A DNA stretch of 63,421 bases, counting the filler, from Octopus bimaculoides (Eukaryota), in assembly GCF_001194135.2 (NCBI RefSeq). It is 4 parts of 4 records of this genome, joined end to end, with 100 filler letters (N's around TTAATTAATTAA, not from the genome) between each part and the next. Parts side by side here need not be neighbours in the genome. Positions count along the whole stretch, not along the records: positions 24,365 to 34,507 come from NC_069001.1; positions 34,608 to 57,708 come from NC_068999.1; 2 more parts are not named here. The stretch is one strand, 5' to 3'. Within the stretch, counting starts at the first letter, position 1, and each line of letters begins with the position of its first letter. Both the position numbers and the translations under genes were made by a program. Of the stretch, positions 24,830-38,155 are shown in pieces. Under the pieces are notes generated by a model. That model did no database searches, was not told the DNA's origin, and worked only from the letters and a program-made list of their open reading frames with translations.

Positions 24830-26049
24830 TGTGTGTCTGTGTGTATAGATGCATATGTATACATGTATATATATATACATGTATATAGATTTATATGTAT
24901 ATGTATGTATGTATATATGTGTATATATATATATGCATTTATATTATATGTATAACTATATGTAGGCATGTATATATGTGTATATATATGTGTACATGTA
25001 TATGTATGGATTTATATGTATATATATATGTATATATATATGTATATACATATATATGTATATATGAGAAAAAATAAGTTCAAAAGGCATAATTCAAACT
25101 TTTTGAGAGATCCAAAAATAGAGAAAAAATGATTTCTAATAAAGATTCATCATGTTCATAAAAATCAGCCAGAGCAAGTGATAAAAATATGAAAATAATA
25201 GTTGAAAAATTTCGTATATAAAAAAATGGAGAAAAAAGATGTTAAATCAAAATTAGGTTTAATACAAAATTGGAGTCAATACATACGCACATTTCGAAAG
25301 ACAATACAAATATGTAAGAAAAAAATTATAATCATAGTAATTATGATTAAATTTATGCATTGTCATTCTCATGAGTGTGAGGAATTTTTGGAAGAACATC
25401 AAAAAGGTTTAATAAAATAAAATAAGATATAATAAGGGAGGATACAAACGGGGTAATAGGGAAAAATCGGATATTTACAAACAAGTTGTAAAAGGGAAAA
25501 ATAATAATAGTGAGAGATACGAAAAAGAAAAAGAAAGACATATCAATGTGTATGCAAGTCTATATGTGCAGTAAACTATAACATAAGAATCAAAATCTAA
25601 TGAATGTATTTAAGAAAATAGCAACTGGTCGAGATGAAGTATAATGTAAACAAGGCCACGTGTGTATAGTAGAATATAATGCAACAGGTTCACTAGCAGA
25701 AAAAAGCCATACAGAGTTATACATATACATATTAATATTGAAAAATGAAAAAATATATATATATTACAAGGGGCTTAAAGCTGATAGGCAAGACTATGTT
25801 TGAAAAGGATACAATATTTAAGTAAAAATGTGCATACAAGCAGAGAAAAAACCAAAAAAAAAATTAACAAAGAAAAGCAACGATCACAGACAGGACTGGT
25901 CAGTGTTTTCAAAAGAGTTCTCTTACTCAAAAACTAGCCTGGGGTAGGGGAGACAATAAAAAAAGAATAGGAATAAAAAAGAATATATGAAGGAGAAAAT
26001 TATTATAAATTTACAAGTGATAGAAAAAAACATATACACTTAACACATA

Positions 26050-27801
26050 AAGATATACAGTCATGAAGTCATCTACATCCACTTTATGCAAATTTCTTAA
26101 TTTTTGTGGCAGGACATTGAAGAGCTGTAGGCCTTTGAACCTTAGACTATTGCAATACCTGGTCCTGAATTTAGATAGAGTGGGCTGTACAATACAATGG
26201 CAGCCAGTTCTGGCATTTGTATAACACTCAATGCCAAAGGTAGGTACTAGCCCTTCTAGGATTTTCCATATGTATATTATTGCGTATATGTCTAGCCTTC
26301 ACTCCAAGGAGTAGAGTTATAGTTTTCTCATCCTATCCCTGTCGTTCATCCACTGTACTGTTTCAATCTTTTTAGTGTAGTGGTGTTGGACTGCTTCAAG
26401 CTCTGTTGTTAGTTTGGCACTATGTGGTGACCATAACTGGGAACAATAGTCCAGGCGGCTGAGAACAAAGTTCCTCCATAGGGTCAACATAATTTCTTGG
26501 TCCCTTGTCTTGAAGGACCTCAGTATCCATCCTATCAGTTGTCTGCACTTTGCTGCCATCTTGCTTATGTGCATATGAAATGATGCGTCGTTGCACATGC
26601 TGATCTCCAAGTCTTTCACGGCCTGTGACTCTGAGATTGTTGTGCCTTTGGGTCCTGTAAATGTACATTGTACTGTATTTGTACTGAGTTTATATTGCAG
26701 TGCTTGAAATTTTCCAGCATTAAACTGCATGTTGTTTATTTCGGCCCACTTGTATACTGAGTTCAGGTCCCGCTGTAAGCTTGTAGCATCCTCTTGGTAT
26801 TTTACTGTCTGTGATAATTTTGTGTCATCGGCATAGCTAGTGACAGTGGCTGTCCAAGTGACTGTGGGCATGTCTAAGAGAGCTATTATAAACTGTAATG
26901 ATCCCAGAACAGTTCCCTGGGGGACATTACTTACGATTTCAGTTTCCTCAGAAAGGGCGCCATTGGCTGCAACTGCCTGACTTCTGTTTTTAAGGAAGTC
27001 ATACAGCCACTCTCCCAGTTTACCAGTGATGCCAGGGTCTCGTAGCTTATGACTTATCATGCCATGATCTACCTTATCAAAATCCTTTGCAAAGTCAAGG
27101 TATATCACGCTGACATCTGAATGGTCAAGCAGCTGTTTCGAAACCCAGTCATAGTGCTGAAGGAGGTGTGTGAGGCAGCTTCTTCCTGGACGGAAGCCAT
27201 GCTGAGTATTGTTCAGTAAGTCATTTTCTTCTAGGAACATTATCAACTTCTTTCTCATGATTTGCTCCATGACTTTACTGATATGCAAAGTCAGAGAGAT
27301 TGGGCTGTAGTTCTTGGCCTCTGCTCTGCTTCCACTTTTGTGGATAGGGCATGTAATACCTTCTTTCAGCTTTTTAGGAAGTATACCACTTGCAAGGAAA
27401 GTTTGGAAAAGTATCTGAAGTGGTTTCGCTAAAGCCTGCTTAGATGACTTTAGGAGAATAGCTGAGAAGCCATCAGGACCAGTGGCAGAGCATGAACTCA
27501 TTTAATCTATGGCCGCTGTTACATCTGTTTCCTCAATGTTGATGTAATCGATGGCTGGCACCTCCTTTTTTAGAGCTGCAATATCAAAGAATTCAGCTGG
27601 CTTTTTTATTTGCATATGTCCAAGGGGGGAAGTGAAGACACTTTTCAATTGTTCACTGAGTATCCCACTTATTCTTCCTGGGTCTGCTGTCAGTGAGTCA
27701 TTTCCTTGGAACAATGGTCCTATCTTAAATTGTATTGTAGCTGTTTCCTTTGTGAATTTATAGAAAGCTTTGGGATTTGTTTTTATACTTTCCACAGCCC
27801 T

Positions 27802-27849
<48 letters not shown>

Positions 27850-28456
27850 CTTTCTCTATCATGAGAGAGTTTGATCTTGCTTTCAATTTCTAGGAGCGTC
27901 CATGTTAAGACAGATTTCTCTCTATCTGTCAGTTGTCTATTCAGCTGTTTTGAGATCTTCGACCTACGTCTCATGAGGATTTTTCTGTCCCTGGGAATCT
28001 TGTTTGGCCTTTCTTTCTGGGACATATTTAGTGCATATAGCTTGCACTGTTGACATAAACTGGCTGAGTTTCAGATCAATGTCTTGCATACACAGAATGT
28101 TGGACCAATTTCATTAGTGGATCTCTTTGCAGATTGATTCCCATTTCACCTTATGGAAATTCAGGTTGGATAAGGCTCGAGTCCTCCTGATAGGGTAGAT
28201 ACCAACAGTTTGCACGGGACCATACATAGTTAGTTCAACAATGTTGTGGTCTGAGAGAGCCGTTGGTGTAACCTTCACATTATGGATGAGGTCCACATTA
28301 TTTGTGAAGCATAGGTCCAATATGTTGTTCCCCCTGGTTGGCCTGAGTATCACTTGCTCCATGAACAGCTTATTAGTAAGTTCAAGTAATGACTCTACAT
28401 GCTTTTGTTCATGCAGTGACATCCCAGAGAGGATGTGGCCTTCTGGCCATTTCACA
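26050..28456 (-). mobile_element. CR1-group LINE ORF2 (endonuclease end, RT, C-terminus), 5'-truncated and degenerate
   Basis: PTRGNNILDLCFTN; SATGPDG; QHGFRPGRSC; YLDFAKDFDKVDH; VPQGTVLG; YADDTK; SRLDYCSQLWSP. Confidence 0.95.
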
Positions 28457-28458
28457 TA

Positions 28459-29657
28459 TTAGGTTGTTTCACATGAAATGTCGCATTTTTAATTACTTGT
28501 TATTTCAGTCATTTAAACACTCAACTATGTATATATACCTTGCATTTAATCTTGACATCTTTTTCTTTCCCAACAATTTTGATATACAAAATTCGTACCC
28601 ACAGACCTTATGAAAATGTTAACAACCTAACTAAGTTAACTGATTTTGTCATATGAGTACAAACTGGGTCATCCTACAGCAGAAGCTCTATGGGCCTTTG
28701 GTAATGGTTTTGTTGACATCAGAACTGTTCGGAGATGGGGCCAAAGCTCTCATTCAGGTGATGATAGCCTTGAAAATATACCAAGGGGTAGACCAAAATC
28801 AGTTATTTGGCATGATGGATTAAATGCTTTGGTTGAGCAAAATCCGAGGACAAAAGTTCGAAAACTTTCATCAGAACTCCAAACATCTTGCACAACTTTT
28901 TTTGGAAACCTGTAGAAAATTAAAAAAGTCAAGAAAACAGATACTTTTGTTCCACATAAACTGAATGAGATTTAGAAAAAACACAGACGCCTCGAAATGG
29001 GCTCCTTATTGCTTTCTCGACTGGAAAAAGACCATTTTTGCCTCAAATCATTACATGTGATGAGAAATGGATACTCTTTGACAACAGCAGGAGAAAAGGA
29101 CAGTGATTAGATGCAGGAGAGTCACCCAAACACCACTCAAACCCACCATTGCACCCTAAAAAATCAGTGATCACTGTATGGTGGTCTGCGAAGGGAGTTA
29201 TTCATTATTCATTTTTGCAACAAGGAAAAATGGTAACAGCAACATCATATTGCCAGGAAATTGATTGTATGCATGAGAATTTGAAAAAGAAGCAACCAAT
29301 ACTAGTGAATAGAGATGGCCCAATTTTGCTTCATGACAAAGCACGTCCTCACACTCCTCCAGCTACGGTCCAAAAGTTGCAAAGCCTGAATTATAAGATT
29401 TCGTAACATCCTCCCTATTCCCCTGGTATCATCACTTATTTAACCATTTTCAGCTTTTCATAAGCAATGAAACATTCTTAAATAGAGAAGATGAAAAGAT
29501 GAATTTTTTTTTAAAGTTGGAATATATGATATCGAGAAGTGTTGGGTAAATGTCATAAATGAACATGGCTCATACTTTGATTAAATAAATCAGTTCTCTA
29601 ACACTTCTGAAACATTTTATTGTTACCTTTCAAATATGACATTTCATGTGAAACAAC

Positions 29658-29661
<4 letters not shown>
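28459..29661 (+). mobile_element. Mariner (DD34D) transposon with TIRs and a pseudogenised transposase
   Basis: 24-bp perfect TIR TTAGGTTGTTTCACATGAAATGTC with TA on both sides. Coding remnants include ITCDEKWI, LHPKKSVITVWWSAKGVIHY, LLHDKARPH and HPPYSP. Confidence 0.95.
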
Positions 29662-29688
<27 letters not shown>

Positions 29689-29690
<2 letters not shown>

Positions 29691-30936
29691 CTAAAACCAA
29701 AATCCTAATAAGTAGGAAGGTAGATAAAACACAAACCCCTTCAGGTAGATGGCCCTGCTCAGTATGTAGAAAAGGAGTAGGTAGTAACTCTATAAGATGT
29801 ACCCGGTGCAAGCTATGGACACATAAGAGGTGCAGCAACATCAAAGGCAGGTTAACTAGCAAGTTTGTTTTTGTTTGTGGCAGATNNNNNNNNNNNNNNN
29901 NNNNNNNNNNNNNNNNNNNNNNNNNNNNNNNNNNNNNNNNNNNNNNNNNNNNNNNNNNNNNNNNNNNNNNNNNNNNNNNNNNNNNNNNNNNNNNNNNNNN
30001 NNNNNNNNNNNNNNNNNNNNNNNNNNNNNNNNNNNNNNNNNNNNNNNNNNNNNNNNNNNNNNNNNNNNNNNNNNNNNNNNNNNNNNNNNNNNNNNNNNNN
30101 NNNNNNNNNNNNNNNNNNNNNNNNNNNNNNNNNNNNNNNNNNNNNNNNNNNNNNNNNNNNNNNNNNNNNNNNNNNNNNNNNNNNNNNNNNNNNNNNNNNN
30201 NNNNNNNNNNNNNNNNNNNNNNNNNNNNNNNNNNNNNNNNNNNNNNNNNNNNNNNNNNNNNNNNNNNNNNNNNNNNNNNNNNNNNNNNNNNNNNNNNNNN
30301 NNNNNNNNNNNNNNNNNNNNNNNNNNNNNNNNNNNNNNNNNNNNNNNNNNNNNNNNNNNNNNNNNNNNNNNNNNNNNNNNNNNNNNNNNNNNNNNNNNNN
30401 NNNNNNNNNNNNNNNNNNNNNNNNNNNNNNNNNNNNNNNNNNNNNNNNNNNNNNNNNNNNNNNNNNNNNNNNNNNNNNNNNNNNNNNNNNNNNNNNNNNN
30501 NNNNNNNNNNNNNNNNNNNNNNNNNNNNNNNNNNNNNNNNNNNNNNNNNNNNNNNNNNNNNNNNNNNNNNNNNNNNNNNNNNNNNNNNNNNNNNNNNNNN
30601 NNNNNNNNNNNNNNNNNNNNNNNNNNNNNNNNNNNNNNNNNNNNNNNNNNTAGGATTTTCGAGCGAGATCGTTGCCAGTGCCCCTGGACTGGCTTGTGCG
30701 GGTGGCACATAAAAGACACCATTTCGAGCGTGGCCGTTTTCGTGCGGGTGACACGTAAAAGCACCCACTACACTCTCTGAGTGGTTGGCGTTAGGAAGGG
30801 CATCCAGCTGTAGAAACTCTGCCAAATCAGACTGGAGCCTGGTGTTGCCATCCGGTTTCACCAGTCCTCAGTCAAATCGTCCAACCCATGCTAGCATGGA
30901 AAGCGGACGTTAAACGATGATGATGATGATGATGAT
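29689..30936 (+). mobile_element. 5'-truncated RTE-clade LINE (PHD-like finger, gap, 3' UTR, (GAT)n tail)
   Basis: WPCSVCRKGVGSNSIRCTRCKLWTHKRC before the gap. After the gap, GATCGTTGCCAGTGCCCCTGGACTGG matches the 3' UTR that follows the RTE ORF end at 55077-55125, and the element ends in (GAT)n. Confidence 0.8.
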
Positions 30937-31261
30937 GTATGTATGTATGTAGAAGGTTGAAAAGGAACACGAGTTGATATGTATAAGGAAAATAAGACAA
31001 GGTAGAAAATGCTAAATAATTTTATCATGAAGAATATTTAATACCAGTTTCAATCATTGTGACTTTTTCAACTTAGAGTAAAGTATGAAAAACAATTAAA
31101 TTGTGGAAAAATTAAATGAAATGTTTATTTTTAAATATTTCCATAGTTTTCAAATACATGGGACATTTTCCATTTTTCTGTCTCTCTCTGTCTCTCTTTT
31201 TTACTCTTGTAGGTAGTTAGCAGCAGCTAGTTTGATACGAATTCTTGTCTTTGATTGTTTA

Positions 31262-31344
<83 letters not shown>

Positions 31345-31439
31345 AAGAAGAAGTAGAAGAAGAAGAAGAAGAAGGAGAAGAAGAGGAATGCGAAAGTGGT
31401 ATGACAGTAGCAGGATGTTGATGGGATCCACTTAAATGG

Positions 31440-34290
31440 TCAAGCGACCTGAAAGTGACTCGTTGTGGATGATAGGAGTAATTGAAATTGTTCTGAATAA
31501 ATTCTTGAGGTGACTGTTTTGAATATATCCCTTTTGATATTTGCAGGGATGTTATTCTAAGGCCCTGGTGGCAGTGTCATATGTTGTGGATGCATTCAAA
31601 AGCGATTGGTATTTTGAGATCAAGAATGACTCTTTACTAATATGCTGACTACACGTATCATCTCTGAATTGATAGAGGGGAAAGATCCTGAAGCTTGGTT
31701 ATTTGTTATTGGTGCACATGTCGATGTATTCACTGAATGCTATTCTGTTTTTCGGAATTTTGATTTGGGATCTGTGCAGAGCCATCCTTTGACGTAAACT
31801 GTTTTTTGTTTGGCCTATGTATTGCTCTTGACACCCAGAGCAGGTTAATATGTATATCAGGTTCTCCGAAGCACATGTGAAGTTGCTCTTCACTGTGAAA
31901 CGTTGACCATGTTTGAAAGAGCACTCTGATCCCTCAATTAGATTGACGCATATGCCACAGTTAGGTCTTCCACATTTTTTTACTGATGGCTTTAGATTTG
32001 TTGCCGAGCATATTCAGGCTTGTGTTAGGAGACTTTTCATAGATTTGGGCTGTCTCTTGCTTTTTATGATGATGTGGGTTTGGAGAATTAAATTCATTCT
32101 GTTGCCCCTTTTAAGTAGGGGAATGTTTTGGAGGATGGTGTTGAAGACTTCATTGTTAAGAGGGTTGTGTGGAGATGTATGGTAGAGCTTTTGGTTGTAA
32201 ATCCTTCTTTAATTTGGGATGTCTGAATGCGTGAATGTTGAGTTGTAAGGCACGTTGAAAGCATATATCAATTAGTGAAGGTGGGTAGTCCCTGGTGATG
32301 AGTGTATTCTTTAGTTCATATAGTTGTGTGTCCCTGGTGCTTGTATTAGAAACTATAGTACAAATCCTTTTTGCTAGGTTGAAAGGGATATTCCTTCTAG
32401 TGAGTCTGGGGTGGCATGAGTTGAACGGTAGATACTGCTTGGAGTCCATGGGTTTATAGTATATATCTGTTTCTATTTCGTTGTTAGATTTTTTAATGAG
32501 GATATCGAGGAAAGGAAGTTGTTGATGGCTATATTCCATCGTGAATTGAATGTTTACGCCAAGTCCATTTATAAGTGCTTGAAATTCTTTAAGTCTCTCT
32601 ATACTTTCATGCTAAAGAATGAAACAATCATCCAGGTACCTCTTCCAGTTATTTTCTATGTAGAGGGAGAATGGGTTACCGTATTTTTCTAGTAACTTAC
32701 AATAAAGACTGATTTCTAGATATCCCATGACTAGGTTAGCAAAGGAGGGGAGCATTCTTGTACCCATCACAGTCCCCAATTCTTGTCGATAGAAGTTGTC
32801 TTTGAAGGCAAAGTAGTTATTCTCCAAAATGAATTTTAGCCCTTCTGTCACAAATTCTTTTTTGATGCGATGTGGGAGTTCGTTGGCATAATTCTCTAGC
32901 CAGAATTGAATTGCCTCTATTCCTAGGTTGTGGGGAATATTAGAATAGAGGTTGACTACATTGACGGATACTAGTAGAGCGTTTTTGTTTATTGTTTCAG
33001 GGAGGTGATTGAGCATATCCAGGTCGTCCCTTATGTAGCTTTTGATATGCTTGAGGAATGGTTTTAAGAAGGTATCTAAAAAGTTACTGAGGCAGTGGGT
33101 TTCACATGCGGGACCTGCTATTTTAGGTCTCAATTTGAGGTCATTAGGAGTAGGGACTTTGATTATTATGTCTGTGGCTATCCTGCATGTGTTACTTATT
33201 TTCTCACTTTTGTGTATCTTAGGAATACTGTAGAATTGACCGGATTTACTTTTGAAATTGGTAATATAGTCATATTCCTTGTTGGTGAGCGCTTCTCTGT
33301 ATAGGCTTAACATGGATTTTAAGTTTCTCATTATTTTCTGCTGACTGTAGTGTGGGACCTCTTCTTAATATGTTGTGTCTTCTAATATGAATAGTACTAG
33401 AGTTATATAGTATACCATGTCCATTAAGACAACTGCACTCCCTTTATCAGCCTCTTTGATTGTTATTGTTTTATCATTGTTTAATTAGTTCAGCTCAGCC
33501 CATTCTTTTTCGCTGAAGTTTGGTTTGTGTTTTTGTTTGTGCATCTGTTGGTATGGGTAATTCGAGATGTATTCACAGAAATGATCAAGAGTTTTGTTCT
33601 TGCCTTTTGAAGGGGTGTAATTACTTCTATTTCAGACTAATGATTCGCTTTCGTTGTATTTGTTTTATAGCTCCTCAGCAAGTATTTCTACAGAATTCTG
33701 CAACGTCTTCTTTCATTTCATTGTAGTTGGGGCGTTGGGGGGTAAGTATAAACCTGAGCCCTTTGGAGAGTATGTTGATTTGGTTTGCTGTTAGTTCTTT
33801 GTGAGTTAGATTGATGATTTGTATCACTTTTGTTTCCTCCTGTCTTCTGGTGCTATCTCGTGTCGCTGTGTTTGCGTATTGGGTCTAAAAAATGGTTGAG
33901 GTGATTGGGACGGTAGCTGTTATGTAGTTGTTCCTTGTTGTTGCGGGGTGCCCTGTTGTGATTTATGGTGCAGGTTCTTGGAAGGGTATTGAAAAGTGTG
34001 TCCCGATATCCCATGTTTGGATGTGGTGTTTTAGGGGGGCATCATTGGTAATTATTGCATATGGTATGGGTTTATTGTGTGTGGTTGTTTAGTAGGTTGT
34101 TGAAATGAAAATTTTGTTGGTAACTCCTTATGGAGGGGAGGTTGCAGTGTCTATCCTGCAGGTAGTGATTTTTCATTTCTCTGTTGAAATTTGAGGTACT
34201 CCTGATGTTGCATTGCTGGTGGGTTACAAAGTTAGGGTTAGGTCTTGTATTCTTTTTTTTTTTGGGGTAGGGGTGATGGTTCTGTTTTCT
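31440..34290 (-). mobile_element. Near full-length Penelope-like element (N-terminal region, RT, Cys linker, GIY-YIG), frameshifted
   Basis: IINLTHKEL...LSKGLRF; IKEADKGSAVV; KLRPKIAG; VVNLYSNIPH; GTVMGT; WKRYLDDCF; LPFLDILI; FTCASENLIYILTCSGCQEQYIGQT. Boundaries are approximate. Confidence 0.92.
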
Positions 34291-34294
34291 AGAT

Positions 34295-34507
34295 CAGGGG
34301 TTTTGAAACTTTTTGACTTGCGGACCCCTTTATATTTCAGGCTTTACCTTAGGGACCCCTTATAAACGCTTATGACATTTATACATAAATATATGCTTAA
34401 TATATCATATATTTTTAAATTTATTTATTTAACAGTATTTAACAAATAGGTTTATTGTCAATTAAAAGATTTCAATTAAAAAACATACATAAAATCAAAT
34501 TGCCCAT
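34295..34507 (+). mobile_element. hAT-type MITE left end, cut by a gap
   Basis: CAGGGGTTTTGAAACTTTTT terminus preceded by TTCTAGAT, a Charlie-type 8-bp target. Confidence 0.55.
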
Positions 34508-34862
34508 NNNNNNNNNNNNNNNNNNNNNNNNNNNNNNNNNNNNNNNNNNNNTTAATTAATTAANNNNNNNNNNNNNNNNNNNNNNNNNNNNNNNNNNNNN
34601 NNNNNNNTATATATATATATATAAATATATATATACAACCATAAATATACGAGTACATTTATGCATATATAAACATCTATATGTGTGTATATGTGCACGC
34701 GTGTGTGTATGTATATACAAATGTATATGTCTGTGTGTAAGTACAAATTTATAGATTTTTATCTATGTATACACACACATACACATACATATATTTATGC
34801 ATCGATAATGTTTCTTTTTAATTCTACCAATCAATTTATATAGAGTGATATGTGTATGCAAT

Positions 34863-34918
<56 letters not shown>

Positions 34919-35224
34919 TGTGTGTGTGGTGAGGCCTGTGTTATACGTAAGTATATGTATGTATGCATGTATGTAAACGTATATGTACGTACGCATACAT
35001 GCATACATGTACACAGCATTGAATATAAATAGTCAAATATTAACAACAATTTAATTCGACATCGTCCTGTCTACAAATACTGTTTACACCTGAAAAAGTA
35101 ACAACAGACCTGCGAGAGAGAAATGGAGACGGAGACATCTGAAAACACAGCCAGGCGCACGTAAACCATTCGTTGTATTTCAGGTTTAATGACGTCCAAT
35201 TCGTATTGTTCCCTGCCATTGTCA

Positions 35225-35625
35225 TCCCTGTGTTAGCCGTGCAGAGATAAATTTTCGTTCTGAGTTCAAATTCCGCCGAGGTTGACTTTGCCTTTCATCC
35301 TTTCGAGGTCCATAAATTAAGTACCAGTTACGTACTGGGGTCGATGTAATCGACTTAATCCCTTTGCCTGTCCTTGTTTGTCCCCTCTATGTTTATCCCC
35401 TTGTGGGCAATAAAGAAATAAGAAATAAGAATGCTTGGAGGTACAATGCTTGGAGGTACAATGCTTGGAGGTACAATGCTTGGCGGCATTTCGTCCGTCT
35501 TTACGTTGAGTTCAAATTCCGCCGAGGTTGACTTTACCTTTCATCCTTTCGGGGTCGATAATTTAAGAACGAATGAAACACTGGGGTCGATATAATCCAC
35601 TAGTACCCTCCCACAAAATTTCAGG
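35225..35625 (+). mobile_element. Tandem pair of Meta-like-core SINEs separated by a 15-bp minisatellite
   Basis: Two TTCAAATTCCGCCGAGGTTGACTTT...GGTC cores with (AATGCTTGGAGGTAC)x3 at 35430-35474 between them. Confidence 0.85.
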
Positions 35626-35654
35626 CTTTCTGCATTTAATAGAAAAAAATTATA

Positions 35655-35719
<65 letters not shown>

Positions 35720-35914
35720 GTCACAAATCACTGTCATTTAATGTATTGTTTTTGTCATCATTGCTATTATTTTTGACAGCGAATAAATACCCCTATGAAC
35801 TTTATTTACACAACTAATGCTCTTGAGAAAGGAATTAATGTTGAAATTTTTTCCATCGCCACTTCTCTAGAAATCTGTCTTGATGCCAATGCAATATACA
35901 GTCGTTATCCAGAA

Positions 35915-35981
<67 letters not shown>

Positions 35982-36153
35982 GCCAGTATTCCTGTTGCTG
36001 TTGTTGTTGTTATTAACTATGATGATATTGTTGTTAGTATTGTTGTTGTTACGTAAAAAACACACTTAATCTCAGACCAACGTGGAGACCGCGATGTTGC
36101 ATCCTGCTCTGTCAACGTCAAAAAAACTGTCGGGTTACAGTTTGTGCACTTGC

Positions 36154-36195
<42 letters not shown>

Positions 36196-37462
36196 NNNNN
36201 NNNNNNNNNNNNNNNNNNNNNNNNNNNNNNNNNNNNNNNNNNNNNNNNNNNNNNNNNNNNNNNNNNNNNNNNNNNNNNNNNNNNNNNNNNNNNNNNNNNN
36301 NNNNNNNNNNNNNNNNNNNNNNNNNNNNNNNNNNNNNNNNNNNNNNNNNNNNNNNNNNNNNNNNNNNNNNNNNNNNNNNNNNNNNNNNNNNNNNNNNNNN
36401 NNNNNNNNNNNNNNNNNNNNNNNNNNNNNNNNNNNNNNNNNNNNNNNNNNNNNNNNNNNNNNNNNNNNNNNNNNNNNNNNNNNNNNNNNNNNNNNNNNNN
36501 NNNNNNNNNNNNNNNNNNNNNNNNNNNNNNNNNNNNNNNNNNNNNNNNNNNNNNNNNNNNNNNNNNNNNNNNNNNNNNNNNNNNNNNNNNNNNNNNNNNN
36601 NNNNNNNNNNNNNNNNNNNNNNNNNNNNNNNNNNNNNNNNNNNNNNNNNNNNNNNNNNNNNNNNNNNNNNNNNNNNNNNNNNNNNNNNNNNNNNNNNNNN
36701 NNNNNNNNNNNNNNNNNNNNNNNNNNNNNNNNNNNNNNNNNNNNNNNNNATATATATATATATATATATACATATAAAATTTGTTATATATATAAATATG
36801 TAGATATCTATTGTATATATCAGATATATATATATGTATGTACGCATGTACGAACGTACGTACGCATGTATGTATGTATGCATGTACGTACGTACGTATG
36901 TATGTACCTACGTACGTATGTATGTATGTATGTGATGCTCAATATTGGGAGGCAATCGAAGACGGCAAAGTTAATTTCGTGTCTTGTCTCTAAACCATTT
37001 ATTCTGCAGCACTTGATGATAACGAATCAAAACAATAAACAAGAGTTGAACAAATCGTCAGCCATTTCCAACACCACCGTCACCACTACCACCTCCAACA
37101 CCACCGCCATCATCAACAACAACAACGACAACAACAACAACACTGCAATCACAACATTAATACTATCGCCATAACTACTGTCACAGTAAGCACATCTTCA
37201 TCACATCCACCACCACCATCACTTCCACCACCTCCACCACCATCACCTCCACCACCATCACCTCCACCACCATCATCACCTCCACCACCATCATCACCTC
37301 CACCACCAGCATCATTTCCACTACACCATCACCTCTACCACCACCTCTACCACCACCACTACCATCAACGTAACCACCACCAAGTGTCTTCTACTATAGC
37401 CTCGTGCCGACCAAAGCCTTGTGAGTGTATTTTGTAAACGGAAACGGAAAGAATCCCATCGT

Positions 37463-37495
<33 letters not shown>

Positions 37496-37974
37496 NNNNN
37501 NNNNNNNNNNNNNNNNNNNNNNNNNNNNNNNNNNNNNNNNNNNNNNNNNNNNNNNNNNNNNNNNNNNNNNNNNNNNNNNNNNNNNNNNNNNNNNNNNNNN
37601 NNNNNNNNNNNNNNNNNNNNNNNNNNNNNNNNNNNNNNNNNNNNNNNNNNNNNNNNNNNNNNNNNNNNNNNNNNNNNNNNNNNNNNNNNNNNNNNNNNNN
37701 NNNNNNNNNNNNNNNNNNNNNNNNNNNNNNNNNNNNNNNNNNNNNNNNNNNNNNNNNNNNNNNNNNNNNNNNNNNNNNNNNNNNNNNNNNNNNNNNNNNN
37801 ATATACATACATATATATATATATATATGCATATATATATTATATATATATATATACATATATACATATATATATTATATATATACATATATTATATACA
37901 TATATATATATACATACATAAGTGTGTGTGTATGTGTGTGTGTTTGTGTTTGTTCTTCCACCACTGCTTGACAA

Positions 37975-38155
37975 CTGGTGTGGGTGTGTTTACGTCCTTG
38001 TAATCTCGACGTTCGGCAAAAGGAGACCAGACCGGGAGAATACGTACTAGGCTTTAAAAAATCGTCTCGGGGTCGATTAGGTCGACTTAAACCCTTCAAG
38101 GCAGTGCCCCAGTATGGCCGCAGTGAAACAAGTGAAACAAGTAAAAGAAAAAAGA
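37975..38155 (+). mobile_element. SINE 3' portion ending GAAACAAGTAAAAGA
   Basis: Related copies at 43020-43205 and 46700-46830. Confidence 0.7.

Noticed and set aside
25060-26050. A-rich strand-skewed kilobase with short Lys-rich ORFs
   Set aside because: No domain or repeat structure recognisable; the ORFs reflect base composition.
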